Origin: Laetmonice hystrix
Lineage: Eukaryota
Assembly: GCA_965235115.1 (NCBI GenBank)
Contig: OZ249436.1
Location: forward strand, 23,872,001 to 23,936,000
Length of the DNA stretch: 64,000 bases
Direction: 5' to 3'
Shown here one piece after another: positions 61,960 through 64,000 of this stretch (its first letter is position 1; the number at the start of each line of letters is the position of its first letter). A program made the position numbers and the translations under genes. The notes beneath the pieces are model-generated. The model did no database searches. It saw nothing but the letters and a program-made list of their open reading frames with translations, and was not told the origin of the DNA.

Positions 61960-64000
61960 TTATTCTTTGCGTTGTAGTAGTAGTAGTAGTAAACAGTGCC
62001 TCTATCTCAGTCAGTTTTCAAGATATCTCAATCAAACTTGGCTCAGATCTTGACCATGACAAAGTCAGGTCACACAATCAATCATGACGTCACGTCACGT
62101 CACGTCATGACGTCATGACGTCAAACGTGTCTTACACATTGGGGCCATATTTTTAAAGGTCATATTCGAAATTTTCAAAACCCATCATGGCGTCTTAATC
62201 AGGCAAGGATCCTGTCTCAAGTCGACCCTTCATTTGACCTTTGACCTTTGACCTTAGGGAGAACTGGCTCCTGGGTCAGAATCGGGTTGAATCGCTACCC
62301 CTTCCCCATTTGTTGGTAAAATTTGACAATATCAGGTACTACCACTCTACATCGAAAGGTTTAAAACATACAAAGAGGGATTAGCCATTTGACCTATATT
62401 TACTGAGAAACGTGACCTTAAAGTTTTCAACAGCGGTCAGTTGAGACATTTATGGGTATAACTTGTAAAAGGTGCCAGATAGGGCCACAGTTACTATTGA
62501 ACATGAATAGGAAGTCATATATCGTCTTTCATTTGACACCATTATTTTGTAGGTCACGTGACCTATGACGTCATAACGACGTCACCTATATTTTCCCAGG
62601 GTTATAACTTGTAAATGGTTGAAGATAGAGCCATAGTTACTATTAAACACTTATAGGAAGTCATATATGCTCTTTCATTATACACCTTCATTTTCCATGT
62701 CACGTGACCTATGACGTCATAGCAGGGTTGCCAATATGTCCCTAGGGCTATAACTCGTAAACGGTGGCAGATAGGGTCATAGTTACTATTGAACACGAAT
62801 AGGAAGTCATATATGGTGTTTAATTTGACACCATTAATTTGGAGGTCACGTGACCTATGACGTCATAACGACTTCACCTATATTTTCCCAGGGCTATAAC
62901 TTGTAAATGGTTGAAGATAGAGCCATAGTTACTATTAAACACTAATAGGAAGTCATATATACTCTTTCATTATACACCTTCATTTTCCAGGTCACGTGAC
63001 TTATGACGTCAGATCAAGGTCGCCAATATGTTCTCAGGGCCATAACTTGTAAACGGTGCCAGATAGGGCCATAGTTGCTATTGAACACGAATAGGAAGTC
63101 ATATATGGTCTTTCATTTGAGACCACTATTTTTCGGGTCACGTGACCTGTGACGTCATAACGACGTCACCTATATTTGCCCAGCGTGATAACTTGTAAAT
63201 GGATGAAGATAGAGCCATAGTTACTATTAAACAGTAATAGGAAGTCATATGTACCCTTTCATTATACACCTTCATTTTCCAGGTCACGTGACCTATGACG
63301 TCATAAGAATGTCATTGGCATTTTCTAAGGGCTATAACTTGTAAATGGTTGAAGATTGAGCCTTAGTTACTAGTAAACCCTAATATGAAGTCTTATATAC
63401 ATGCTCTTTCATTATGCACCCATAACTTTCCAGTCACGTGACCTATGACGTCATAGCAAGGTCGCCAATGTGTTCTCAGGGCTATAACTTGTAAACGGTG
63501 CCAGATAGAGCCATAGCTACTCTTGAACACGAATAGGAAGTCATATATGGTCTTTCATTTGACACCATTATTTTGGAGGTCACGTGACCTATGACGTCAT
63601 AAACGTCACCTATATTTCCCAGGGCCATAACTTGTAAATGGTTGGAGATAGAACCATAGTTACTATTAAACACTAATAGGAAGTCATATATACTCATTCA
63701 TTATACACCTTCATTTTCCAGGTCACGTGACCTATGACATCAGAGCAAGGTCGCCAATATATTCTCAGGTCTATAACTTGTAAACGGTGCCAGATAGGGT
63801 CATAGTTACTATTGAACACGAATAGGAAGTCATACATGGTCTTTCATTTGACACCATTATTTTTGGGGTCACGTGACCTATGACGTCATAACGACGTCAT
63901 CTATATTTTCCCAGGGCCATAACTTGAAAATGGTTGAAGATAGAGCCATAGTTACTATTAAACACTAATAGGAAGTCATATATGCTCTTTCATTATACAC
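61960..64000 (+). mobile_element. Headless subfamily A body, cut by the window end
   Basis: TTATTCTTTGCGTTG(TAG)n, then core, then 146-bp array. Confidence 0.85.

Larger units (their letters stand above)
6690..64000 (+). repeat. 146-bp satellite monomer in ~15 separate arrays inside the Helentron bodies (roughly 140-150 monomers, estimated by eye)
   Basis: Monomer GGTCACGTGACCTATGACGTCATAACGACGTCACCTATATTTTCCCAGGGCCATAACTTGTAAATGGTTGAAGATAGAGCCATAGTTACTATTAAACACTAATAGGAAGTCATATATGCTCTTTCATTATACACCTTCATTTTCCA (146 nt counted). It mostly alternates with a B-type (AAACGGTGCCAGATAGGGCC...) as a 292-bp dimer. Absent from ~35500-57000 apart from isolated remnants. Confidence 0.95.

Noticed and set aside
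6603..63697. Many 60-130 aa ORFs in the satellite and Helentron cores (MFNSNYGPIW..., MTSYY..., MKLSGFVFP...)
   Set aside because: Chance translations of non-coding repeats; frames break between copies and show no domain motifs.

Overview
Eukaryotic, repeat-dominated DNA. An invertebrate deuterostome such as an echinoderm is my inference from repeat style only. The last two coding exons of an MCTP1/2-like host gene lie on the minus strand at 3925-3990 and 4359-4456. I found no further MCTP exon, so the remaining ~59.5 kb is probably part of one intron. That interval is mostly a co-oriented (+ strand) pile of Helentron/Helitron2-type rolling-circle transposons. It includes one near-autonomous element (~39040-53210) with a spliced ~2700-codon frame broken by one in-frame TAA: two herpes-tegument (peptidase C76)-like domains, HUH Rep, Pif1 helicase and APE endonuclease. 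About 16 non-autonomous relatives from several subfamilies surround it, many carrying 146-bp satellite arrays. The main observation is that each element carries a (TAT)n tract ~60 bp inside its own 5' end and other elements sit in that tract. The 17 5' 'heads' and 16 3' 'tails' (plus one open body at the window edge) pair up largely like nested parentheses, suggesting a self-targeting 'matryoshka' Helentron system. Several TIR elements, tRNA-derived cassettes, a recent 4.3-kb tandem duplication and a site-specific SINE-like cluster (1-1434) are also present. All counts and alignments were done by eye.
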